Shown here piece by piece: positions 48,528-58,345 of a stretch of DNA of 64,000 nucleotides. This stretch comes from an uncultured Dehalococcoidia bacterium. Lineage in GTDB: Bacteria; Chloroflexota; Dehalococcoidia; SZUA-161. The position numbers and the translations under genes are program-made. The stretch spans positions 69,875-133,874 of the forward strand of contig CAZNOI010000005.1 of assembly GCA_964574685.1 (NCBI GenBank), given 5' to 3'. The notes under the pieces are model-generated. The model saw only the letters and a list, made by a program, of their open reading frames with translations. It searched no databases and had not been told where the DNA came from. Every line of letters starts with the position of its first letter. Position 1 is the first letter of the stretch.

Positions 48528-51242
48528 GTGACAGACGGCAGAGAGTGGTACCAGCTATCGATACACGACGTCTTCGAGACACTGCAGACAGGGGGGGCAG
48601 GTCTCTCAACGGCCCACGCCAAGGCTCGGCTGAGTGATTACGGGTACAACGAACTGGAGGTGCGCAAGCGAGGGCCGATTATCCGCTTCTTGTCGCAGTT
48701 CAACAACGGCCTGCTCTACGTGCTCATGGCTGCCGCTGTTCTTACCGCAGTGTTGGGCCATTTCATCGATATGTACGTGATCATCGGTGTAGTGCTCGCC
48801 ACGGTGATAATAGGCTTCATACAGGAGGGCAAGGCCGAGGCATCGCTGGAAGCGCTCAAGGGGATGCTGGTGCCCGAGTGCATAGCGATGAGGGATGGCG
48901 AAAAGCAGACTGTACCCACACGCGAGTTGGTGCCCGGTGACGTCGTGGTGTTGGAAGCGGGAGACAGGGTCCCAGCAGACCTGCGGTTGTTCTCGATAAG
49001 GCAGCTTTCGATCGACGAGGCGACGCTCACAGGCGAATCCAAACCTGTTGCGAAGGTAACCGAACCCTTGGACAGGCCCAATCTAACGCCCGGAGAGCAG
49101 CGGTGCATGGCATTCAGCGGAACCTTTGTTGCCAGAGGCCGTGCTGAGGGCGTGGTCGTGGAGACAGGGGCTCGGACTGAGATGGGAAGAATCGCGGGGA
49201 TGATGACTGAGACCAGGAGAGTTGTTCCCCCAATTGTCAAGAAGATTAGCCAGTTCACCAAGTTCATCATAATCGCGTGCGTTGGCTTTGGGTTCATAAC
49301 GCTGGGTATCGGCGTGGGCCTCGGCTACGACGTGGGATACATGCTGCTCGCCACGGCGGGAGTGATCGTTGCCCTAATCCCAGAGGGGCTGCCGGCGGCT
49401 ATCATAACCGCATTCGCCGTCGGAAGCATGGCTATGGCGCGCAGGAACGCGCTCATCCGGAGACTCCCTGCGGCGGAGACACTCGGAGCGACAACTGTCA
49501 TATGCTCCGATAAGACCGGCACTCTCACCAGGAACGAGATGACCGTGGTGAAAGTATACGCGGGAGGGCGCCTCTATGGAGTCACCGGGGTCGGCTACGA
49601 GCCGACCGGGGATTTCTTCCATGATGACGAGCTGCATAGTCCTGCGGAAGATGAGACCTTGATGAGGACACTTATGGCGGGTTTCCTGTGCAACAACTCC
49701 GAACTGGTCAAAGGAGAGAAAGGCTATGGTATGAAGGGGGACCCCACTGAGGGTGCGCTGATAGTCTCTGCCGCGAAGGCGGGGATCAAGACCGAGGTGC
49801 CTAGACTGGATGAAATACCCTTCGAATCCGAGAACCAGTACATGGCCACACTCCACAGATGTGAGGACAGGAACATTATCTACGTCAAGGGCTCGCCCGA
49901 GCGCGTGCTGAGCATGTGCTCCACCCAGCTCGGTGGTACGGACCCGATGCCGCTGGACCCTGAAGCCATCATGAACTACGTCCATGCGATGGCCGCCGAC
50001 GCACTTCGTGTCCTGGCGATGGCGTACAAAGACGTGCCCGTCAGTACGGTGTCTCTTGACCCTGCGGACATGGAGGGGCTGACGCTTCTGGGTATACAGG
50101 GCATGATCGACCCGCCAAGACAAGAGTCAATCGATGCAATCAGGAAAGCCAAGAAGGCGGGCATCAGGCCCATCATGATAACCGGTGACCACGCTGCCAC
50201 GGCACGAGCCGTAGCGAGGCAACTCGGTATTGGCGACGGCAGTAATGAGGTCCTTACTGGTGAGCAACTGTCAGCCATGAGCGACGATGGACTATACGAG
50301 GCGTTGGAGCGCGTGTCGGTCTATGCCCGGACAGCCCCGGAGCACAAGTACAGGATCACGCATCAATTACAGCGGCGAGGACACATCGTCGCGATGACCG
50401 GAGACGGCGTCAACGACGCACCTGCTTTGAAGGCGGCGGACATAGGGGTGGCCATGGGCATAACGGGCACTGAGGTGAGCAAGGAAGCGGCGGACATGGT
50501 GCTTACGGACGACAATTTCGCTTCGATCGTGGCGGCCGTCGAGGAGGGGAGACACGTCTTCAATAACATCTGGAAGGTCATTCTGTACCTGCTTCCCACG
50601 AACGGCGGCCAGGGCCTGGTAGTTGTGGCCGCGATTCTACTTTCACCGTTCATACATGTCTTCGCTGAACGGCTACCTATGGAGCCGGTGCAGATTCTCT
50701 GGGTGAATCTCGTAGTCGCCATAGGCTTCGGGATCCCGCTCATATGGGAACCGAAAGAAGAGGGGCTTCTCGATAGGCCGCCGCGCAGTCCCGATGAGAA
50801 GCTGCATAATGCCCTGTTCATCCGCCGAGTGGGCCTCGTCTCCTTAATCTCGGCAGCGGGTGCTGCCGGCATGTTCCTGATCTATGTGGAAAGAATGGGC
50901 GACACCGACCTGCTATTGTCACAGGCACAAACGGTAGCCTTCACTACCCTGATCTTCGTCCAACTCTTCTACCTCTTCACAGCGCGTGCGATCTTCAAGT
51001 CGGCCTTCACGTTTAGCCCGTTCGGGAACAGACTGCTGCTCGTTGGTGCAGGCGCGACGGTGGGCCTGCAGCTTCTGATAGTCTACTCCGAGTCCTTGTT
51101 TGGCGTGAGTCCACTGAGAACCGTGCCCTTCCCTGCTTTCTGGTGGGGCCCGATTGTGGGGGTCAGTTTCCTCGGGTTTCTGGCTGTCGAGCTTGAGAAG
51201 CTCGTAGAGAGGCGCACGGGCAAGGACAAGTTCGGAGAGTAG
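48528..51242 (+). CDS. cation-transporting P-type ATPase (P2-type, Ca2+/Mg2+-like)
   Basis: 904 aa with a GTG start. Motifs DKTGTLT and TGDGVNDAPALK, with 10 TM helices. Confidence 0.9.
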   Translation: MTDGREWYQLSIHDVFETLQTGGAGLSTAHAKARLSDYGYNELEVRKRGPIIRFLSQFNNGLLYVLMAAAVLTAVLGHFIDMYVIIGVVLATVIIGFIQEGKAEASLEALKGMLVPECIAMRDGEKQTVPTRELVPGDVVVLEAGDRVPADLRLFSIRQLSIDEATLTGESKPVAKVTEPLDRPNLTPGEQRCMAFSGTFVARGRAEGVVVETGARTEMGRIAGMMTETRRVVPPIVKKISQFTKFIIIACVGFGFITLGIGVGLGYDVGYMLLATAGVIVALIPEGLPAAIITAFAVGSMAMARRNALIRRLPAAETLGATTVICSDKTGTLTRNEMTVVKVYAGGRLYGVTGVGYEPTGDFFHDDELHSPAEDETLMRTLMAGFLCNNSELVKGEKGYGMKGDPTEGALIVSAAKAGIKTEVPRLDEIPFESENQYMATLHRCEDRNIIYVKGSPERVLSMCSTQLGGTDPMPLDPEAIMNYVHAMAADALRVLAMAYKDVPVSTVSLDPADMEGLTLLGIQGMIDPPRQESIDAIRKAKKAGIRPIMITGDHAATARAVARQLGIGDGSNEVLTGEQLSAMSDDGLYEALERVSVYARTAPEHKYRITHQLQRRGHIVAMTGDGVNDAPALKAADIGVAMGITGTEVSKEAADMVLTDDNFASIVAAVEEGRHVFNNIWKVILYLLPTNGGQGLVVVAAILLSPFIHVFAERLPMEPVQILWVNLVVAIGFGIPLIWEPKEEGLLDRPPRSPDEKLHNALFIRRVGLVSLISAAGAAGMFLIYVERMGDTDLLLSQAQTVAFTTLIFVQLFYLFTARAIFKSAFTFSPFGNRLLLVGAGATVGLQLLIVYSESLFGVSPLRTVPFPAFWWGPIVGVSFLGFLAVELEKLVERRTGKDKFGE

Positions 51243-51801
51243 TCCATCCAGAAAGTGATAGCGGCATCGGACTGCCTTTTTCTCACGTCAGGCGGATCCA
51301 ATCGCACTCATCTTGTGACTGCCAAAGGCTCTCTCATACATGTTCATAGTGTGGTGGCTACCCCCGATCCCCCTGGAAGACTCCGGTAGATATGATATCC
51401 CAGGAATCGGGCAACGGTCTCCTCATCGGCAACACTTCCTATTGGGCGCAACACGTTGCCTATCGCCGGGGCACGCGACTGCACCATGGGCATTGGCTCC
51501 TTTCTGGGTTCTTCGCCTTTCTGAAGGGATCCGAACCCTCTCGCGTATCCCTGACGCTAGTCCGTAGGGTGCATGCAATGAAGGAAATGCACCAGCACCC
51601 AACGCCTGACGGCAGGCAGCCGCGAATGACTGAGGTTCGTATAAGGGACTGTAGGGGTTCATAGCCATGCGCCCTTACTCCCATTGACTACCCCACCGCC
51701 GCTCGCGCCTCCCTCCGAAATGCACCACCAGCGGCTCAGAACGGCTCGGAAGGGGCGCGAAGCGGGTGTGTCGCAGAGCCTGGCGTTCTGGTCGGCTCTG
51801 G

Positions 51802-52977
51802 CTAGTCTCGCGGAAGCCCGAGGCCTCTGGTGGCGATAATGGCCCTCTGGATCTCCGACGTACCTCCGGCGATCTTGTAATGCGGGGACTCCTGGTACAT
51901 GTGCGCGAACCAGCCGTGGACCTTGGCGTACTTCGAGTCGGACTCGAGCTCGCCGTAGGGTCCCAGAACCTGGATGCCTGTGTGGGCCAGGTCGTAGACT
52001 ACCTCGGTGCTGATCAGCTTGCCCATGGCGATCTCCTTGAGGGCGAACATCTTGAGCTCCTGCATCCAGGCAACCCGCCGCGACAGCACGCCCGTCACGG
52101 CGAACCTCATCTCGATCTCGGCCAGCTTTCGTCGCACGCCGGGGTCTTCGGAGAGGGGCTTCCCGCAAAGCTCCGTAGACTTGACGTACTCGATCAGTTC
52201 CTCCAGGGGGCGATGGAAACCGCTGATCGTGAAGGCTCTCTCGAACAGCAGCGCTGCTCCTATAATGTAGAAGCCCTGGTTCAGGTCGCCGACCAGGTTC
52301 TCCTTAGGGACTCTAACGTCGTCATAGAAGACCTCGTTCGAATGGTAGCCCGCCATGTCGCGTATGGGGCGTACGGTAATGCCGGGGGTATTCTTCAGGT
52401 CCACTATGAGCAGCGATATTCCCTTGTGTTTCTTAGGATTATCGGGATCTGTCCTTACCGCCAGCCATCCATAGTCCGCGAAATCGGCCTTGGTACTGAA
52501 CATCTTCTGTCCGTTGACGAGATAGTGGTCGCCCTTGTCCTCCGCCCGCAGGCTGATGGAAGCAAGGTCCGACCCGGCTCCAGGCTCCGTGTAGCCCATG
52601 GAGAACTCGACCTGGCCGCTCGATATCAGAGGCAGATACTTGCGCCTTTGCTCCTCGTTTCCATAAGCCAGTAGCGTGGGCCCGACTACCATGGCCCCGA
52701 TCACCGCGAAGGGGGCTGGTGCGAAGGCGTACGCGAGCTCCTCCTGGATAACGTAGTTGGTCAGGGCTGAGGCCTCCATGCCGCCCCACTCCTCGGGCCA
52801 GGTCGGGCACAGCCAACGCCGCTCGCCTAGCTTGCGCAACAGCCGCCACGTTGCGGCGCTGTACGGCTGGTCGAACATGAAGTCCGTGCGGCACTCTTCG
52901 TCGACTTCTTCACGCAGGAAAGCGCGAATCTCCTGCCGCAGCCGCTCCTGTTCGGGGGTGAAATGGAAATCCAACAT
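51802..52977 (-). CDS. acyl-CoA dehydrogenase (BbsG/CaiA-like position in the cluster)
   Basis: 391 aa. Four-domain ACAD with the C-terminal block IAGGTSEIQRAII. Confidence 0.85.
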   Translation of the reverse strand: MLDFHFTPEQERLRQEIRAFLREEVDEECRTDFMFDQPYSAATWRLLRKLGERRWLCPTWPEEWGGMEASALTNYVIQEELAYAFAPAPFAVIGAMVVGPTLLAYGNEEQRRKYLPLISSGQVEFSMGYTEPGAGSDLASISLRAEDKGDHYLVNGQKMFSTKADFADYGWLAVRTDPDNPKKHKGISLLIVDLKNTPGITVRPIRDMAGYHSNEVFYDDVRVPKENLVGDLNQGFYIIGAALLFERAFTISGFHRPLEELIEYVKSTELCGKPLSEDPGVRRKLAEIEMRFAVTGVLSRRVAWMQELKMFALKEIAMGKLISTEVVYDLAHTGIQVLGPYGELESDSKYAKVHGWFAHMYQESPHYKIAGGTSEIQRAIIATRGLGLPRD

Positions 52978-53029
52978 GCCTCCTTTGGCAGCAGTCTTGT
53001 CTGATTGGGTACGAACCGCGCCTGCCTGG

Positions 53030-54307
53030 CTAGGCCAGCACTCCCTCGCTCTTGAGGCTGTCTATCTGGTCTTGCGGCATGCCCAGCAGCTTGCCGTAGA
53101 CATAGTCGTTGTCCTGGCCGATCCTGGGCATGGGTTCGAAGCGACAGGGGGTCTCCGAGAAATGGATGGGCTCGGTGATACACATCACAGGCTTGCCCTC
53201 GGGCCACTCCGACCCGGACTTGCCGAACTCCGGCACGATGTACCGTGTCTCCTTGTAGTAGCCTCGGCGGTTCAGGTGCTCGCTCTGTGACAGGTCCTGC
53301 CCCTGCGCGACAATGCCGGCTGGTACCCCTACCGCCTGCATCATCTCCATGACTTCGACCGCATCCTGATCAGCAGTCCACTCGGTCACCAGCCGATCGA
53401 GTTCGACTACGTTGTCGAGCCTATCTGCGAGAGTAACGAACCGGGGCTCCGCTGTCCAGGCGGGATTGCCGATGACCTTGCGGAAGGACTGCCACTCCTC
53501 TTCCGTGAACACCGCGATAAGACACCATCTATCGTAGCCTCTGCAGGGGTACGCGCCATGAGGCGCGGCATAAGGGTCCCTGTTCTCCATTCGGGCGGGC
53601 AGGACGCCGTTGGCCTGGTAGTCAAGCAGTGCGGGGCCCGCTGTGACCACGCCGGTGTCGTTCAGTGAGCACTCGATGAGCGTGCCCTTGCCGGTTCTGC
53701 GGCGCCTGTCGAGGGCGGCAACGACGCTCAACGCGCTGAACATGGCCGCGTGGAGGTCGGAGTAGGGCGGATCGGTGGAAGCCGGCGCCTCCGTCGAACC
53801 CGTCATCAGCGAAACGCCGGAGCTGTACTGCGTGAGCATACCGTAGGCCTTGTATGAGCTGTACGGCCCGCTCGCCCCAAAAGCGTTCTGCCAGAGCATA
53901 ATGATGTTGTCTTTCACCTCACGAAGACGATCGTAGCCGAGGCCCCAGCGCTCAAGGGTCGGCATGGTGAAGTTGGTGGCGAAGATGTCGCTGATACCGA
54001 TCAACTCTCTCATGATCTCCTGAGCTTTGGGCTCGCGCACATTCAAACTCGCGCTCCGCTTGTTCACCAGGCGGTTGCGTATGATCAGGCCCGAGCCCCA
54101 CGGGGGAGGAAGCCAACCCTCGTCGATCGCGGTATCGCTCTGCACAGTGATGACTTCTGCGCCGAGCGAGGCAAGCACCCTGGTGGTGGTCGGGACGGCT
54201 GCATAGAAGGCGAGTTCGATGACCCGCAGCCCCTCGAATATGCTCCCTTTGCCTCCCGCCTGCGTAGTATCTCCAACGATACTCATGTGTCCCTCGCTAC
54301 ACAACAC
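53030..54307 (-). CDS. family III CoA-transferase (CaiB/BaiF/BbsE-F family), subunit 2
   Basis: 425 aa. N-terminus LRVIELAFYAAVPTTTRVLASLGAEVITVQ. Confidence 0.8.
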   Translation of the reverse strand: MLCSEGHMSIVGDTTQAGGKGSIFEGLRVIELAFYAAVPTTTRVLASLGAEVITVQSDTAIDEGWLPPPWGSGLIIRNRLVNKRSASLNVREPKAQEIMRELIGISDIFATNFTMPTLERWGLGYDRLREVKDNIIMLWQNAFGASGPYSSYKAYGMLTQYSSGVSLMTGSTEAPASTDPPYSDLHAAMFSALSVVAALDRRRRTGKGTLIECSLNDTGVVTAGPALLDYQANGVLPARMENRDPYAAPHGAYPCRGYDRWCLIAVFTEEEWQSFRKVIGNPAWTAEPRFVTLADRLDNVVELDRLVTEWTADQDAVEVMEMMQAVGVPAGIVAQGQDLSQSEHLNRRGYYKETRYIVPEFGKSGSEWPEGKPVMCITEPIHFSETPCRFEPMPRIGQDNDYVYGKLLGMPQDQIDSLKSEGVLA

Positions 54308-55532
54308 CAGCGGCTTTCAACGCTATCAGTTGGTTCGTGGCGTAGCCCAACTCGCCGCAGTATACCCGCTCATTGTCCTGGCCCAGGAGGGGTGCGGCCT
54401 TGCGCGGCGGTGGGATGTCGTCGCAGTAAACTCCGTCTCGCGGATACTTCATCGGACCCACCACCGGATGATCGAGCTCCACCCAGAAGCCACGGCTGGC
54501 CAGTTGCTTGTCGTCTATGAGGTCGGCTACGCTGTTCACCGGCAGCACGGGAATCCCGCGTCTCTGGCCCTCCAGGAAGATCTCCTGGGCAGTGAAGTTG
54601 CCGGTGAAGTCCAGAAACCTCGCCTCCAGCTCGTCCATGTAGTCGTAACGCGCCAGAACGCCTCCCTTGTACTTGTCATCGAGGATCTCCTCGTCTCCTG
54701 TCACCTCATACATCCATTGGGCCAGCGCATCCCATTCCTTGGCTCGTACGACGTACATGCCGATCCAGCCGTCCTTGCATGAGTAGAGACCGCCTGGGAA
54801 GTTATACCTGCTCGTCGGCCCCTGCCTGATGATGTTCTCGCCGATCATGGCCCAGCCGGCCTCCTGCGTCGCCTCAGAGCAGTAGACGTTGAGGGTCTCC
54901 TGCATGGACACATCGATGTACTGGCCGCGTCCGGTCACAGCGTCGCGATAATACAGTGCCGCCACGGTCGCCACCGCTGCGTACTGTGATGGGGCGAAGT
55001 GCGACTGCTCGTCCCCAAACCGCAAGGGCAGGCCGTAGGGATCTCCCGTCACCTGCATGAAACCGCTCATCCCCATGACTATGAGGTCGGAGGACTTGTA
55101 GTCTCTTAGAGGGCCCGTCTGCCCGAACGGCGTGATGGAGGTCATTACGAGCTTGGGGTTAAGTTCTCTCAGCGCGGGGTAGTCAAGCCCGATGGCGGAG
55201 AGATGACGGACCGGGAAGGTCTCGATCACTGCGTCGGCTGTAGACGCCAGTCTCTTGAAGATGGCCCGGCCGTCGGGGTGTTCCAGGTCGAGCGTAACGG
55301 AGCCCTTGCTCGTGTTGTAGTAGAGGAAGTACAGGCTCTTCTCGGGGTGGGCGTCGTTCTGGAAGAACGGTGGACGAGACCTCGACTTGTCTCCACCAGG
55401 GGGTTCGACCTTGAGGACGTCCGCGCCGAGGTCGGCGAGCAGCTTGCCGCAGTAGACGCCCTTCTCGTCGGCCAGGTCCAGAACCCTGTAAGGTGGCAGG
55501 AACCCAGCCTCGCCATGTGGTGCCTTCGGCAT
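54297..55532 (-). CDS. family III CoA-transferase, subunit 1
   Basis: 411 aa. YRVLDLADEKGVYCGKLLADLGADVLKVEPPGG. It overlaps the next transferase by 11 nt. Confidence 0.85.
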   Translation of the reverse strand: MPKAPHGEAGFLPPYRVLDLADEKGVYCGKLLADLGADVLKVEPPGGDKSRSRPPFFQNDAHPEKSLYFLYYNTSKGSVTLDLEHPDGRAIFKRLASTADAVIETFPVRHLSAIGLDYPALRELNPKLVMTSITPFGQTGPLRDYKSSDLIVMGMSGFMQVTGDPYGLPLRFGDEQSHFAPSQYAAVATVAALYYRDAVTGRGQYIDVSMQETLNVYCSEATQEAGWAMIGENIIRQGPTSRYNFPGGLYSCKDGWIGMYVVRAKEWDALAQWMYEVTGDEEILDDKYKGGVLARYDYMDELEARFLDFTGNFTAQEIFLEGQRRGIPVLPVNSVADLIDDKQLASRGFWVELDHPVVGPMKYPRDGVYCDDIPPPRKAAPLLGQDNERVYCGELGYATNQLIALKAAGVV

Positions 55533-55562
55533 CCTGTGTGTACCTGTATCCCGACCCCTGGG

Positions 55563-58019
55563 CTATCGCTTCGAGAGCTTGTGTCTTGTCCTGGATATGA
55601 TCTGGTTCTGGACTTCCTCGTGCATATCGACGAAATAGGCGCTGAAGCCTGCAACTCTCACTATCAGGTCCTGATGATGAGCCGGGCGCTTCTGCGCGTC
55701 CCTCAGAACCTCATTGTCTATCACGTTGAACTGGATGTGGTGTATGCCAAGATCGACGAACGTCCTGAGATAGGCAACGAAGCGTGACCGGTTGTCTCCC
55801 TCCAGGAACTCAGGTGCAATCCTCTGATTGAACAGGTGGTTGAATGTGAGCATGGGGTCTATCTTGGCCACGGACCTCAGGACTGCGGTCGGCCCGTTCT
55901 TGTCGGTGCCGATCTCCGGCGATACGGTGCCGTCGTTGAACGTCTCGCGGTCCTTCCTGCCGTCAGGTGTGGCCCCTGTGAGGCCGGCGAAGTGGAAGTA
56001 GCTGGCCGATCCGCTGCCATCGCAGGTGACGTTATGGCCGTATATGGTCTTGAAATCCTGCATTGTCTGAGCGGTCCTGATGTGGACATCACGTGCGAAC
56101 AGATCAACGTCGTCATCGTCATTGCCGAACCTTGGTGCATCGAGGAACATCTGACGTAGCTGCTCGTGACCCTCCCAGTTGTCCTTCAGGGCCCGGAGGA
56201 GCTCGTCCATGGTCACGGTCTTTTCGTCGAATATGAGCTTCTTCATCGCAAAGAGGGCGTTGACCACCGTCGTGTGACCGACGGGCTGGATGTTGGTCTT
56301 GTGCCAGTAGTGGAGGTCTCTGACGTCGGCCGCGTGCTCGATGCACCCGTCGAGGAGGGCGGAGTTGAATGGTTGGGGCAACCACTGCTCCTCAATAGCA
56401 TCCGTCAGGTTCGCAAAGATGACAATCTTCTCAGTGAAGAACCTGAGTTGCTCCAGGTATGCCTGGATAACATCCTCAATCGATGTGAACGCAAGCGGGT
56501 CCGGGGTCCTGACGCCGGTCTGTTTGCCACTGAAGAACTTGTCATCAACTCCCCGGGTAAGCGCCAGCTCCAGGCATTTCAGCACCACAAACCCTATTCC
56601 GGCGATGGCACGGTGTCCCATAGGTTTGCCCACCACCGTATGCCTCATGCAGTCCTCGACGGCCCAATTCCTCGCGTCCTCAACCGAGAAACCCTTGCTC
56701 ATGAGGTACGGGACCATGAACTCGTCGTTGAAGATGCCGTAGTGCCCTGCGTCCTCCCTCAGGATGTCCGTAAGGCGATAGAGAAACTCGTCCGGGGTGT
56801 TGCGATGCAGTCTGACCACCATCATGGGCTCAACCAGCTTGAGCGACTTGACGCTCTCCATGATGATGGAAGACAATTCGTTGCTCGCGTCCCGCCCCAG
56901 GCTGTCCTGGCCTCCGATCGTCACGTAGCGCGGTGTGGTGTGGCCGCCGCTCGCCATGATGGGGGCGTTGAAGTCAGTAAGCTCGGTGATCTTGAGCCAG
57001 ATGTGCTCGATCAGGTCCTGCGCTTCCTCAGGTGTGATCCGACCCTCTTCCTTGTCCTTCCTGTAGGCGGGGTACCAGATGTAGTCGACCCTGTCGCCGA
57101 TGCCAACGGTTTGTATGTCAATGACCCGCACCAGGAGCATCACGAGGAACCAGGCCTGCAGCGTTTCGCGGAATGTCCGAGGCGGATTCGCTGGCGCCCA
57201 GTCGCAGGCTTGGGCAATCTCCTCCAGGTCGGCTCGTCTCTTGGGGTCACTCTCGTCGGCAGCCATGGCCCTGGCCAGTGCGGCGTACCTTCTCGCCCAC
57301 CTGATGACCGCTTCTACACTGATGATAGCGGCCTCCAGGAATGCCTTCTTCTTCAAGAACTCGGTCGGGTTGTCGCGGATGTATTCCCTGTCGGAAGTGA
57401 TCTCGCGCAGCTTCGCGCGAGTCTCATCAAGTATGCCGTTCAACCCCACCTTGAACATCTTCTCGTAGTTCGGCATCTGCCCGGAGTGGGCCCCGTGTAC
57501 CCATACGAAGACCCCGTGATTCATGAAGGACCAGTACGGTTTGTCCTCCTCGGCGAGGTGGAAACGCTCTGCGCCGTGTATGGACTTGTTCATCCAGTAC
57601 CGGTTGATCTCGTGCATCTCCTCCCGCTCTTCGTCGCTCAGCATATTCTTGTACCCCGCCTCGATGGCCTTGTCCACCCAGCGGCAGTAGAGCTCGGGGT
57701 AGCTGATCGTGTGATCGGGAGTCCTTGCCGTGTTGCCCACAAATCGGTCGTGCTCGGTGATGTAGATCGTCATGTTGTCTAGGTAGTTGGCCATAGCCCT
57801 GGCCCTCTTGATAACCATCGGCTCGCCGTCGTTCTCTATGTAGGCCTGGGTCACGTAGCGGGCTCGCTCGATGTCCAGCTTCAACGTATGTCGAATATGG
57901 CTCTTCTTGCCGAGCTTCTCCTCTTCGTCAACCCGGTAGTCACGCTGGCCCATCATCGTCCTGTATCGGAACTCGTCCGCCAGCATCTGTGTTCTCGTCT
58001 TCCTCGCTTCGACTACCAT
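55563..58019 (-). CDS. glycyl radical enzyme (PFL2/glycerol-dehydratase-like class) with a non-canonical Cys loop
   Basis: 818 aa. Gly-radical motif RVAGFSAYFVDMHEEVQNQIISRT (Gly at about 788). GRE N-terminal helices. The central Cys is at about 457 in NWAVEDCMRH. There is no Glu at C+2 and no CC. Confidence 0.9.
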   Translation of the reverse strand: MVVEARKTRTQMLADEFRYRTMMGQRDYRVDEEEKLGKKSHIRHTLKLDIERARYVTQAYIENDGEPMVIKRARAMANYLDNMTIYITEHDRFVGNTARTPDHTISYPELYCRWVDKAIEAGYKNMLSDEEREEMHEINRYWMNKSIHGAERFHLAEEDKPYWSFMNHGVFVWVHGAHSGQMPNYEKMFKVGLNGILDETRAKLREITSDREYIRDNPTEFLKKKAFLEAAIISVEAVIRWARRYAALARAMAADESDPKRRADLEEIAQACDWAPANPPRTFRETLQAWFLVMLLVRVIDIQTVGIGDRVDYIWYPAYRKDKEEGRITPEEAQDLIEHIWLKITELTDFNAPIMASGGHTTPRYVTIGGQDSLGRDASNELSSIIMESVKSLKLVEPMMVVRLHRNTPDEFLYRLTDILREDAGHYGIFNDEFMVPYLMSKGFSVEDARNWAVEDCMRHTVVGKPMGHRAIAGIGFVVLKCLELALTRGVDDKFFSGKQTGVRTPDPLAFTSIEDVIQAYLEQLRFFTEKIVIFANLTDAIEEQWLPQPFNSALLDGCIEHAADVRDLHYWHKTNIQPVGHTTVVNALFAMKKLIFDEKTVTMDELLRALKDNWEGHEQLRQMFLDAPRFGNDDDDVDLFARDVHIRTAQTMQDFKTIYGHNVTCDGSGSASYFHFAGLTGATPDGRKDRETFNDGTVSPEIGTDKNGPTAVLRSVAKIDPMLTFNHLFNQRIAPEFLEGDNRSRFVAYLRTFVDLGIHHIQFNVIDNEVLRDAQKRPAHHQDLIVRVAGFSAYFVDMHEEVQNQIISRTRHKLSKR

Positions 58020-58345
58020 CTTTCTACCTCCCGCGATGCCTGGAAAACATCAAGCCTTCGATTCTTCGCTTGCTTTCTCTTCTCCAGGATGAGACGAGGC
58101 ATTCGCTCATACCCAAGGCCACCAACTGACACCATTCTAGTGTTCAATTCCGCATGGGGCAAATGTCTGCGGCAATGCCTGATTGGGAGTGGAAACAAGC
58201 TGCGACCTGGGTGTGTACTCACATTTGGCCATGATTCCAAAGTCGCCAGAACCCTACGCGTTCCTGTGGCCGGTCTACTTGGCCAGGCCCCGGGTGGACG
58301 CGGCACGGGCCGGTCAATATGGTAGTCGCTCACCGGTAGTTGGAA

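Noticed and set aside
56166-57782. 538-aa plus-strand ORF
   Set aside because: Antisense to the glycyl radical enzyme.
58013-58333. 106-aa minus-strand ORF in the leader upstream of the GRE
   Set aside because: Pro/Arg-rich with no Cys cluster. It does not look like a BssB/BssC-type small subunit. The region is treated as non-coding leader.
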